DNA of 63,985 nt, filler included, from Licmophora abbreviata (lineage: Eukaryota): assembly GCA_900291995.1 (NCBI GenBank). It is 11 parts of 11 records of this genome, joined end to end, with 100 filler letters (N's around TTAATTAATTAA, not from the genome) between each part and the next. Parts side by side here need not be neighbours in the genome. Positions count along the whole stretch, not along the records: positions 1 to 2,218 come from OLMU01002989.1; positions 2,319 to 4,876 come from OLMU01002990.1; positions 4,977 to 7,379 come from OLMU01002991.1; positions 7,480 to 16,198 come from OLMU01002992.1; 7 more parts are not named here. One strand, 5' to 3'. Of the stretch, positions 1 to 10,879 are shown piece by piece; the first letter of the stretch is position 1, and every line of letters starts with the position of its first letter. Both the position numbers and the translations under genes were made by a program. The notes under the pieces are model-generated. The model saw only the letters and a list, made by a program, of their open reading frames with translations. It was not told the DNA's origin and ran no database searches.

Positions 1-1729
1 GTACGCCTCGCGCATATTGCGGGACAGCTCCGGATAGTTCGCCTCGAATTCAGCCGGCGCCTCAGCGAACAAGACGATCGTCGCATTCACGCCACTTGCG
101 ATCGTACTCATCATGATGCTGCAGAGCACCAAGCCCACAACAAGACCGAGCCTAGCAAAGCAAAAACAACACAAGACGTAAGCTTGTTTCTACACAGGAT
201 CTCAACAACGCAATACGACAACTCCACTTACACAGCTGCTGTGACCCTGGAGTCTCCTGCTGCGTCGTCTGTGATAAAGCCACTTGCATCGAGAATGAGC
301 CCCACCACGGCTGTGAGACCACCGACTACGACGCTTACTAAGAATAGACAGTTTCCAACCAAATCGTCTGCAATGATTGCCTCCCAGCCGCGATTCTGAA
401 AGAGAGTGATGACATTCTTTCCCGCCTCGAGATATCCGTAGCCGTAGAGACCAACATAGACAAAGGCCTACGTGTGTGTAGTAAGACCGAGATTGAAGAT
501 GCGACACGAGGGTTAGTCTCAGGGGGTGCGTTGGGTTGACTTTCTCTTTCGTTTCTCATCGTTGCGTCTCACCCATTTGTTGAAGTATTCTAGAATGCTC
601 TGGAGACAAGCGAGAATGCACTCGGCAATGCATGCGATAATCTGTGCATCGCCTTCCGATCGAGCAGTGTTGGCGAGAGCCCGAAGCGCCTGAACAATGG
701 CAACCAACAAGGATCCAAAGCAGATACTTCCAAAAGACGTCGTCATCGAGCTGTATGGATCGTAAAGTGACGACACATGTTGTGAGTACTTCACAGGCTA
801 CGGTGCGCTTGTCAACACACTTTCTGCGTACCGAATCATACTTCCGCAGACGGCCGTAGAGCAGCATCCTGATTCTTCCGGTGCAAACCACCACGAACCT
901 AGAACGCCGCTGACAGTGACATGGACAGTATTCTGAACTACTTGGTGGGTGAAGAAGTACGATAGAAACATTCCGAAGAGGACTCCATAGTTGGGACTGC
1001 AATTCTGCCCATTGGCGTCACAACTATACGAGGCTTCCCACGTTCCCATCAAAGCAATCGCCCAAAGAACAGACCAACCAAAGGCGAGGGCTACAAAGAG
1101 ATAGGCGATTAAGATAACCCCTCCGTTGGCCTTGATGGCAGTCGTCGAGGTGACGAGATTGGCAGCCGCGAAGGGGATCCTACCCCAGACCATTCGAGCA
1201 TAGCAGATCCTGCGAACAATGATCGTGCAAAAGAAAGCGGGGTAAGTTGAGTAGATTTATCCCTTGGTCGTGTAATGTCCACTGAAACTTACCCGATCGC
1301 AAAGAAGATCAGGCCAAGAATACCCATCCCGATACTTCCGCTCGCAAAGGCTACACCAGCCCATACTCCAGACAAGGCGACAACAAAGATTAAGGCCACT
1401 TTGATGAGAGTTTCCGGGATGGCCATCATGACCAGAATCATGAGTCCACTGAAGACGAGAGCAAAGGCCCCGCAAATCAAGACGACTCCGACGTAGGAGC
1501 TGTAATCGAATCCAGTCACCGTCTCATCCTCAAAGGCTTCCGGTCCGTAGATTGCAGCGACGATGACTATGGCAGCCACGTTACCGTAGAGCAAGGCCGC
1601 AAAGATGGGATCGCGGCATTTGGTCGCTTGCTGCTCGCCCTTGGTCCAATTCTGGTCCGTGGTGGTGGCAGCGCTGGTGGTATGAGGGGCTCCGACGGCC
1701 GTGCCTTGAACAACGACAGGAGTCGACAT
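1..1729 (-). CDS. Choline transporter-like (CTL/SLC44) family membrane protein, paralog 1; multi-exon, 3' end beyond window edge
   Basis: Spliced ORFs give CRDPIFAALL, IPFAAANL, SFGSICFGSLLVAIVQALR, EYFNKWAFVYVGLYGYGYLEAGKNV, FAEAPAEFEANYP; GT-AG introns at about 1210-1292, 751-831, 468-572, 153-231. Confidence 0.88.
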
Positions 1730-2218
1730 TTTCTGAGTCAATTCGTACTGATTTTTAATCCAACTGGCGACAGATTCACTCCACAGGTGTGTTGTGATGT
1801 AATTCTATGGCTGAAGCAATCGGGACAGAGACAACAAGACCAAGATCCGCGACCGACGACCGAACTCTGCTCAAGTCACGCTAGATACCGACGACGTCAA
1901 GATTGGATTTCAGATATTTTCAATTTCAGAATTGGCACGGTCATCTGTCATCGCATGATGACGTGGCTGTCCGTTGGATCTTCCACGAGCTCAATGTTTC
2001 GGGTGAAATGAGAGAGCTCGAAGTAAAACCCGGATGACCGAAAATCGAATGGAATTGCGAGGACGCGACGCTGTCATGTTCATACACAGGAGTCGACGGA
2101 CGCCCACTATACTTGGGAAGGTTGGGATGAGATGTATCCATTGCGCCATGGCAGCATGGCAGCACAAGAATCCAATTTGAATTCTGATTTCAAGACGCGG
2201 CCTGCGGGCTCAGTCTCG

Positions 2219-2318
2219 NNNNNNNNNNNNNNNNNNNNNNNNNNNNNNNNNNNNNNNNNNNNTTAATTAATTAANNNNNNNNNNNNNNNNNNNNNNNNNN
2301 NNNNNNNNNNNNNNNNNN
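2219..2318. other. Artificial assembly spacer (N44-TTAATTAATTAA-N44)
   Basis: N-run with six-frame-stop linker. Confidence 0.98.
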
Positions 2319-2599
2319 ATTTCAAGACGCGGCCTGCGGGCTCAGTCTCGTATCCCATCAACACTGTTGGCATTTATCCAGTTTGTGGATCGAAGCCAAG
2401 CTTGCACTTTGAAAAGTGTCCGCGTTTCCCCATGGAGAGCAAAGCCGATCTGTACAGACTGACTCACGATGAGAATGGGACGACGAAGCGTCAGAGGAAG
2501 GTCGGCCCCGGTGACTCCAGAGGCGCTGTCGGCACAGGAATGTACTATTCATAGCGGCAAAGCAGCTAGAACTCGTAGACGTGAAGGGAGGGATTCATT

Positions 2600-4050
2600 C
2601 CATTCGATTTGGGCGCGATCTTACACTGGCACCGCTGCCTATGGAGACTGTTCGCGCTCAGATCGATCATTGACATGGAAGAGTAGTCCAGGCCGAACTG
2701 CTCTACGACACTTGCCCGTGCTGTCTATCGACCCTCCAGGATGTAAAATATTGACGATGCCCTCCACTGCGTTGTTCTCCCGAATGGTAATTACCACATG
2801 GGCGTACACATTGCGGACACGACTCAGTATGTCAAAGCTTTGACAGCTATTGATCCAGAAGCAGCGAATCGCTCCACGTCGACTCATCTTGTGAACAAGC
2901 GCTTGGATATGCTTCCCAAAATGCTCACGACTGATTTATGCAGCTTGAAGTGTGAAGTCGACAGGTATGACAGTTCACCTATGCATGCTGTCTAGCATTC
3001 GCAACCTCACGCCGCTGGTCTATCGTTTCATATATATGCATTCTCTGTCCTATGGGAAGTTTCACCCGAGACTGAGATCATTCGGGTTGACTTCAAGAGG
3101 ACCATAATCCACTCCATATCGGCGTTGACGTACCAGCAGGCACAACGTCTGATCGATGAACCAGAAGGCGAGACCAATATCTAAGCTGGCGCTGTAAAGC
3201 GACACGCTTCGCTCTCTCGGAAGTTTCGTAAACGGCACATTGCCGTAGGGAGCTTGACTTTCGCAAGTCCGGAGGTGAAGTTCGTTTTGGACAGCGAATC
3301 GTTGAATCCCATTGATGTGCAAAGAAAATTCTGAGGCACTTTCGCACGCTGTCAATTCTGCGACGACATCCTGCGCCAAATCGAGGCATGTTCGATACCT
3401 TGATCAGCAATGCTAGATCTCGCGGCTGTGAGCTTAACAGTGAAGACTCGAGGCGGCTCGCGGACTCGCTCGATGGCGCGCAGATGGAGTCTGACCCTTA
3501 CTTGAACAAGCTCTTACGTATCTTGTCGACAAGATATATGTCACCAGCTTAGCACTTCTGCTCTGGCGAGTTTTTGCCAACCGAGTGGCATCACTATGGA
3601 CTTGCTGCCGATGTCTGTGTACATCGACTGCTCGCGTCTGCAATCGGCGTCTCGCCACTGCCAGTACACCTATGAATCGAAGGCATCGCTCAGCGCAGCT
3701 CGCAGGCAGAGCAAGTGTGCAGCTACATACACTCATATTCTTTGCGGGTGACGGATCCAATGAGGAAGATGCGTACGTGCTGGATGTTGACACTGACGAG
3801 GGCAATGTCCCGTCTTTCACTGTCATTGTACCTCGCTACGGTTTTGAAGGTAGGGTCTTGCTATCAAATATCTCGTCGAATGGCCCGAATTTGCACCGCG
3901 ACGCAGAGCATCATCGACTTTTGTACAAGCTAGACGATGCCGTCACCACGATCCAAGTATTCGACAAGGTTCGAGTAAAAAATTTAGGTAAGAGACGATG
4001 CTCGTTTGCAGGACCTACTTTCGACGTCGTTTGGTGAGCTTGGAGGGAAA
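2600..4050 (+). pseudogene. DIS3: Decayed DIS3/RRP44 (RNase II/RNB family exosome nuclease) copy
   Basis: Fragments in shifting frames: [103 protein letters not shown]; frameshifts, in-frame TAG at 3550-3552, internal deletions. Confidence 0.88.
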
Positions 4051-4699
4051 ATACGATCTGGTGTGAAGAGGCATGAAAATCGCAAGGACAGTACGAAGGA
4101 TTCGAAGCGTCCAAAGACTGGTTAGTGAATTTTCTCAACTGAGGGCCAATCAATGTCATCGGCGAATATGGGGCGCGGTCGCAACATCGATTTATCGGTC
4201 ATGCGAACAAACGAATGACGACTTGCCAAAGAAGAAGGATGTCAACGTACTATATGTTCTTGTTATGGTAGACTGGGGACCACCAATACAGCGTCCGCGC
4301 CCCGTGAAAGGTAAGAAAGTGTCGCTGATAATGCAGTCGGGAGTGAATAGCCCGAGTAGCTGACTCGCGCATCCCAGCTTGTTCTCTTTAGTTCTCTAGA
4401 CTCGTCGTCGATGACTCTGGGAGCGCTCCTACTGGAATTGTTACCTCAAGTTAAGAGGACGGAAGGATAGAACCCAAGTCGCCTGCCTGAGACTACAACT
4501 TGCACGGTGGAAGAGGTACAGGTACCGCTGTCGACAAGTCTAGCACTCCTATCACTTTCTATACGTTGCCATTGCCGCGAGATAACTTTAGGTTGATAGG
4601 TTAGCCACTTCTGGAGTGCCGGTGTATAGGTTAACCGCTTATGGACTGCAATTTCCGTCGCAGATGAGTAGAGTCGCGTTGCTTTAAAAGTTGATGGAT

Positions 4700-4818
4700 C
4701 GCCTAGTATATTTGATACGATGGCTCCATCAGAGGGATTCTTTCGCAGTTCTTGGTATCGACATGGTCGCGTGGCGTTTACACAGGAGCATCATTGCAAT
4801 CGTCTTGAGGGAGTGGCG
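4700..4818 (+). pseudogene. Degenerate ~120-bp fragment of the GH47 mannosidase gene at 38086-40848
   Basis: tggctccatcagagggattctttcgc...gcgtttacacaggagcatcatt matches reverse complement of about 39190-39325; APSEGFFRSSWYR-GRVAFTQEHHCNRLEGV vs APSEGLFRAAWYR...GRDAFTQEHHFNSLAGV. Confidence 0.8.
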
Positions 4819-4876
4819 GAAGCAACGAGAACACGAGACGGTACCATTCGAATTCGCACTGTCACAGCGCGCTCAG

Positions 4877-4976
4877 NNNNNNNNNNNNNNNNNNNNNNNN
4901 NNNNNNNNNNNNNNNNNNNNTTAATTAATTAANNNNNNNNNNNNNNNNNNNNNNNNNNNNNNNNNNNNNNNNNNNN
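4877..4976. other. Artificial assembly spacer
   Basis: N-run with TTAATTAATTAA. Confidence 0.98.
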
Positions 4977-5244
4977 GTACGATACTGATAGTGCATTTTG
5001 AAGTTGGTTGACAGTCACCCAAGCTAAGGTTCTGATTCTTGCAACCCGAGTTCGAATCTCGGACGTGGACCCTACACACATTGAACATTCATAAGGCACT
5101 CCAACGCATTCGCGATCGTCAGTTGCTACCGCTCATTTCGTGGGGACCCGCCTCGATTGATTCCAATCGCGACGCGCCGCGCGGCATCAAAACGAGACGA
5201 CATCATCATCGTCGATAGACTATAGTCGATAAGCCGCACCAACC

Positions 5245-6873
5245 ATGAGCAAGCGAACAGATAAAGCCGGCGATACAAAGCGGAACAAACGCAAACGCTA
5301 CCAAGGAAATACAGGCCTGCAAGGAGAAATACCAGAAATTTCAGGAGTGCCGCCAGATTTGGTGCCGGTCTTGCTGCAGGCGCTCCGCTCTGCGACTCAC
5401 TACTTTCAGCGTTCGACCGACGAGCCACAGAGTGCCTTGAAAGAAAACGACAGTGAGGTAAAGAGCCCTCGATCAGCTCAATTTGCATCTTCTTCTGTGA
5501 TGGACTCGATTTTTGATCGAATGGCACCAGCGGACGAGGACAACAAACAGAAAACGCGGCGCGAACGAATGATTCAGGATCGCCAATCGTGGGTCGACGC
5601 GGTCAAGCGAAAGCTCAACGCGAATTCATCCGGAAACTGTACACGTTCTGTTCCAGTGGCGTGTTTCGACGACTTGTGGAACATACAACAGACACACGGT
5701 AGAGTGTTTTATCGACGAGCGGCGCTCTGGCTTGCGGGTACTATGCTGCAAAAGAGCAGCGAGTGTCGAATCTTTCTCACTACTGAAGACGACGGGGGTG
5801 TACTCATGAAGTGGGCGAAAAATGTAGCGGAAGCCACTAGACATGCTTGGACAAGCCCAGATGAGGCAGCGATTCATGTACCGCTGTGGCAACGAGAAGT
5901 GTTCCTGCTCCTGACGCTCCTGTCAGACGACTATGGCGAGTACTACCCGAAGCTCAAGGTAGCGACGCAATACTTGCACCAGCGATGTCCATCAGTGTCC
6001 AATGTGAGTGCTACTGAATCGAATTCGACGCTCATCGATGCATCGGCACAAGATTTGCGACGTACCAGGGATCTAGCCATGAAATTCGGAGACAGACAGA
6101 TTGCCTCGACAGAGAAACTGATCCGACAAGCACACAACTGTCTCGACACGCTTGTCCCACGTATGGGCGACTCTGATGACCCTAGAAAGGGTGACTGTCA
6201 AATCTCTTCTGTGGGACCTTTGGAATATGGCAGCGACGATGACGATGATATCAATTGGGAAGATGGGGAAACGACCCTCGAGTCGGCTGTCATGGCCCCT
6301 ATTGACCACGCGACTGCGGTAGAACAAACATTGGCGGCCATGGGATCTGCAGGAGGCGTACTACAGGGAGGCACATTAGACATTTCGCTGGCAACAAGAG
6401 AAGAGGACGACGTTGACAGGGGAGTGGTCGTCAACGAAAGGGCTCGCACAATCCTGCGTCGGGTCGTGGAGAAGCTGTCGTCTCGTCATATGCCTCGAAT
6501 GTCATCATGGGTGGATGCTTTGACGAAAGCGGACGGGCTTACAATGCAAGGTCAATCACTGGTGGTAATGCCAGTAGAGAGCTCACGACGCCGTGCAGAG
6601 ATACTCCAGAAGCTCATGGATGTGAAGAAGAGAGTCGCTAGCGTGTTGTCGTCAGCGAAACGACTTGGGATCTCGACCGATGAAACTCGTACTAGTACAG
6701 GGAATATCGGAATGCTGCATCAGCAGGAGCCAGCAGTTGGAGCCTCCTCTTCAGTGCATTTTGGAGTCCAACAGGAGAGGGTATTGCCTCCCGGTGCCGC
6801 TTCCCGGCGCCATATCGACGGTGTCACCCTAAGTCGATCCAATCGAGTGAAGATAAGATATCACTCGTCGTGA
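5245..6873 (+). CDS. UVSSA-like protein (N-terminal helical portion), 542 aa
   Basis: Intronless ORF; DYGEYYPKLKVATQYL, AHNCLDTLVP and LSSRHMPRMSSWV resemble UVSSA motifs recalled as KFGEAYKKLALGYHFL, ESCFRLLVP, KFLPxVxSW. Confidence 0.55.
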   Translation: MSKRTDKAGDTKRNKRKRYQGNTGLQGEIPEISGVPPDLVPVLLQALRSATHYFQRSTDEPQSALKENDSEVKSPRSAQFASSSVMDSIFDRMAPADEDNKQKTRRERMIQDRQSWVDAVKRKLNANSSGNCTRSVPVACFDDLWNIQQTHGRVFYRRAALWLAGTMLQKSSECRIFLTTEDDGGVLMKWAKNVAEATRHAWTSPDEAAIHVPLWQREVFLLLTLLSDDYGEYYPKLKVATQYLHQRCPSVSNVSATESNSTLIDASAQDLRRTRDLAMKFGDRQIASTEKLIRQAHNCLDTLVPRMGDSDDPRKGDCQISSVGPLEYGSDDDDDINWEDGETTLESAVMAPIDHATAVEQTLAAMGSAGGVLQGGTLDISLATREEDDVDRGVVVNERARTILRRVVEKLSSRHMPRMSSWVDALTKADGLTMQGQSLVVMPVESSRRRAEILQKLMDVKKRVASVLSSAKRLGISTDETRTSTGNIGMLHQQEPAVGASSSVHFGVQQERVLPPGAASRRHIDGVTLSRSNRVKIRYHSS

Positions 6874-7379
6874 GAGATGATACACAATACTGTGAGAGCT
6901 GTCTTGGCTTTTTGGTTCCTGTTACCAGGTATAAAGGGTAAGAAACATTTCTTAGGCCTAGACTACACTTTAGTATCACTCGTACAATAGGTGTTGCCAG
7001 GTCGGATACACTTCACTTTCTCTGGCGCTGGCAGACGTCTTTTAGAGCGCGTTCAGTCCCAGGCTTTAAGTAATCCATGTCATATTGTTTTCGCATGACA
7101 TTTCCCCGTTGTTCGATTTGTATCATAACACATCGACAATGATGGAGTCGCGCTGATCTGAAAATTCAGCACTGTCATTCATTACCAAGGCAATGTTTCC
7201 TGGACTCAGGCCGTCTGGTTGGAAACCTGGGCCGTCGAATATTGATCAAGCCTCTCATCGAATCTTGACAATTCTTGCGCTCTCTTTTATCGCCATTCGG
7301 GCTGCTCACATTTCGATTTTCACTTCGTCGCCCTCGACTGACAACAAGAAGAAGTCATGGATCGAGACGTCAAGACAAG

Positions 7380-7479
7380 NNNNNNNNNNNNNNNNNNNNN
7401 NNNNNNNNNNNNNNNNNNNNNNNTTAATTAATTAANNNNNNNNNNNNNNNNNNNNNNNNNNNNNNNNNNNNNNNNNNNN
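7380..7479. other. Artificial assembly spacer
   Basis: N-run with TTAATTAATTAA. Confidence 0.98.
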
Positions 7480-8499
7480 CAGAGTGGCTCGGAGTCGGTT
7501 TTGTGTGAGTTGAAGCATCAGTGGGAGAACCCAACCCACGGGCCTTTGTGGACCCAGCTCAGCGAGGGAGGCCGTATTTCCGAAGCGGGAATGAGGGGAG
7601 CTCACGTGACTACTCCCGCAGAAAGAGTACAGGATCTATTGAACTGGTTTAGCACCGAGTCTCCTCACGTAAACGCTTGTCTTCCCCCCTTGCCGTGTCG
7701 AAGACGGCGGCTGCGAGAGATTCAGAGTCCAGGAATGCAAAGTCACATTGTGGCATCTGTTCTGTCGATTAACAGTGCCTGGGAGAGAAAATCCAGGAGA
7801 CGAAAGATTAAGGAGAAAACAACGTTTGCTACATTATCAGATGAAATAGATACGGTCATTCCTTTTCGTCTGTGCTGCAGGTTCAAGGTTGCGTTGGAAA
7901 TGGCTATGAAAAACGGCAAACATGTCCTGATTACGAACGTCTTGAGCGTCCAAGCCAACGAGGAAGAGACTTCAGCGCTGAGCGATCTAGTGCTCATACC
8001 CTCTTCAGCGACGACAGTGGCTGCCCTGACGAGCACTGCAACGCCATCTATTCGGCAGTTGGAAATGTCTTGCTTGTCGCTGACGCCAAATTTCGAGTCA
8101 GCGTTCGATCAGCGGACTGTCATGTCACCCTTGAAGGATCTCTACGTGGAAGCACTGGGCATATCTCTCGGTGAGGGCAAGCACTTCTTGTCGCCTACTG
8201 GGTTTGCAACGATTTTCATCGACACGAAACATTCGCCCCACTTTCGCCAATGCACCTTGACGTTGGACGAATCCATCGCACCTGACTGTTTTGTCGTGCG
8301 AGCGGAGGGATCAATTTTGCAAACGCTATGTGGCTCAATGGAGGTTGAAACGTTACTAACTGATGCTCAACTCCGGAGGTATGCCATGGAAATGCTTCGT
8401 GGTTTTCTTGAAGAAAGCACTATGCTCTTGTGGACGCTGAAGCGTGTAAGCGCCGGGGAGCAATATTGCGCGACTAGTGTCTCGCTGCCAGTGCTTTGA
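7480..8499 (+). CDS. Hypothetical protein, probably 5'-truncated by the gap
   Basis: Long open frame of >330 codons starting next to the gap; no recognisable motif. Confidence 0.55.
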   Translation, partial: QSGSESVLCELKHQWENPTHGPLWTQLSEGGRISEAGMRGAHVTTPAERVQDLLNWFSTESPHVNACLPPLPCRRRRLREIQSPGMQSHIVASVLSINSAWERKSRRRKIKEKTTFATLSDEIDTVIPFRLCCRFKVALEMAMKNGKHVLITNVLSVQANEEETSALSDLVLIPSSATTVAALTSTATPSIRQLEMSCLSLTPNFESAFDQRTVMSPLKDLYVEALGISLGEGKHFLSPTGFATIFIDTKHSPHFRQCTLTLDESIAPDCFVVRAEGSILQTLCGSMEVETLLTDAQLRRYAMEMLRGFLEESTMLLWTLKRVSAGEQYCATSVSLPVL

Positions 8500-8809
8500 A
8501 TCTGTTACTTTTGAATTACACAAGCTGTTGAAATCTAAACGAATGTATGAAGTATGCCCCCTGCTTATGTCATCTCTACCATGCACTCCGTTTCGCATCT
8601 CTGGCAGTGTGGGTGAGGAAAATATGATGAACGTAGCTTTTTTGGGTGCTCATAGCTCCAGATATTTCTCCGGTAGGACGCTGCCTCAAATGTCGACAAT
8701 GAAAGCGGAAGGAGTCGTACGTAACATTTCTTTCTTAATGTATTTATCCATTTGAACTGCCTGTGCTTGTGGATCACAGACGAAAGGCTGTGTGATTGGA
8801 TCTACGGGA

Positions 8810-9489
8810 GCACAAGCGCCATCTTACCTTGCCGGAAGCCTGGATCCAAGTGCTTTCTGTAAGTTCTCTTCAGTCAGCTCAAATTCTTGCGTCTTCGCAG
8901 ATTCTAGGGTACAATCTTCGAAGAGCGTTCCAGCTATAGACAAGATCTCATGCTGGCGCTCAATGGTATGGCCCGTCTTGGGACGGGTGATCATGAGTTC
9001 GACCGCGAAGTTGATGGACTACCAGAAGAGCTGCATCAGATAAACCGTGCCGGCGGGCCAGATGGAGACGATATCACCAAAAGTTTTACAATTTGGCAGC
9101 AGCATCACTCCAGGATGTGTTTGATGGCTTCTTGGCAACGATTCGCTCGTCAACTACAGTTTATTCAGCAAACGCGCCAGGGCGGAAGAAGTCTCCGGCA
9201 AGCATAACTTCATCGCCCGGTTTGAAGAGCGACACGTCGCTGCCGACGCTTTCGACGGCACCCGTTCATCCCAACCTACTACGCTCAGAAACGGGGCGTC
9301 TGTGTCTCCCAAGTTACCGAGACGCTTGTAGTCGATGGGGTTGGTGGCGACGGCTTTGACTTTCACCAAGATGTCGTGGCCAGAAGCCGTCGGTTTGGGG
9401 AGTTCCATTTGCTTAAGGTGGGCGAGGTCGCCAAGTGGCTTGTACTCGGTGTCTCCAAAGACCTTCATTGTAGTAGAAAAAGACGGCAT
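8810..9489 (-). pseudogene. Decayed MDR-family (quinone oxidoreductase/zinc-ADH-like) oxidoreductase
   Basis: PKPTASGHDILVKVKAVATNPIDYK, VVGWD, frameshift, LFKPGDEV, GAFAE*TVVDERIVAKKP, then jump to C-terminal ELMITRP..QHEIL; two in-frame stops and no Rossmann domain. Confidence 0.8.
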
Positions 9490-9589
9490 GATTGATGGGC
9501 GAGTCTGTTGATCATGATCTTTAGAGATCGTACCTGTTACACTTACGAGAATAGACAACGATTCCTCTTCTTCTCGTAATCTCTTCCTC

Positions 9590-10562
9590 CTAGAAGACAC
9601 CAAATATCTTCCTTGGTTTGCCCATGTCTGCTAATGCCTGGACTAGAAATGCTTGGATTTTTACACCAAACGCCTCGGCGTACGCAGGTCGGGAGGCGCA
9701 GGCCGTCATGTAGCGCACGATGTTGGGCCATCGAGAAAGATCAATATCAGGAAAGAATTGCACGACGAACAGCAGATAGCTTGCGACCGGTACATCGGCT
9801 ACAGAAAAGCCACCCCCAAGAAGAAAATCTTGGTCCTCCAACAAAGTATCCAGCGCATCGATTCGTTTACTGGGTTGTCGCAAACCAGTGTCGTATCTGT
9901 TGTGATATGTTGGGCCGGCCCCAGGTGTAAGTCATCTGCATTCAGTACTCGTAGAAATTATACTCTGCGCGTCCTCCCACTTACACTTTTCCATTGGGCG
10001 TCTCAATAAAGCAAATGGGGTCTAGAGACGCATTGGCCCATGCTATCCAAGACAGAATGGCGGCCTCTTCCTTCGGTGTAACCTCATGTGACGACGAAAT
10101 GGACGATAGGTAAATAAGAATGGCAGCCGACTCAAAGAGGGTTACATCATCATCGCCAGTCAAGCATGGGATCTGTCCAAAGGGATGAGGATTCTCTGAC
10201 AAGTCTCCCATCTCAAAGTCTAGCTCTAGCTCGTGAGCGGCCCAGTTGATGAGTGGTGATCTGAGGTTTTCGTTCGATTGATTGCATGAAAGATACGAAG
10301 GAGAGGCATCAGCGAGTCGACGAGATACTCGATCGATATGTGGGGCGACGAGCGTCGATCAAACGACTCACCTGGACCCAGACGATCCGTACAACGTGAG
10401 CCCCATAGCAAGAGCAGTCGGTTCCCTAGTGGCTAATGGTGCTTCTTGACACCTCGCCACTGACATTATCCTCATCGCTTTGTCTCCACGAGTGGGTAGC
10501 AGGGAGAAAGCAGCAACTGACGACGTGATTTGCGAAACTAGAAAAGCTCTGGGCAGTCTCAT
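9590..10562 (-). CDS. Glutathione S-transferase, probably plastid-targeted; 3 exons
   Basis: LYGSSGSR/SPLINW, HPFGQIPCL, TLFESAAILIYL, FLLGGGFSVADVPVAS, WPNIVRY; N-terminus ...SSVAAF; introns about 10263-10372 and 9902-9985. Confidence 0.88.
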
Positions 10563-10788
10563 CTTTCTCCGAAACGACAGTCGAGCGAGTGAATCGAATA
10601 AGATGAAGAAAGGTAAGCAGTGTTCATGCCGCGACGATCATCGTCGACGCGAGGAAAGGATGATGTCGTGATGTTAACTACCATTTTGGCATCCGAAAGG
10701 TCGAAAATTTCAAACTTTGAACTTTGAAAACAAAAATGGAAAAAATACGACGGAATAGACTACGATTGAGCAAACAATCATTGCAATT

Positions 10789-10808
10789 GAGTCGAGTCGA
10801 GTCGAGTC
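10789..10808 (+). repeat. (GAGTC)4 pentanucleotide repeat in a divergent intergenic region
   Basis: gagtcgagtcgagtcgagtc. Confidence 0.85.
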
Positions 10809-10879
10809 AGTCCATTCACATCATTTGACCATGACGAAAATGATTGACTGAAGTAAAAGATATATTTTCCGCGTCGACG

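Noticed and set aside
8500..8800. TGA-interrupted minus-strand frame suggesting selenocysteine or readthrough
   Set aside because: No redox motif or SECIS evident; lies beside a pseudogene, so decay or chance is more likely
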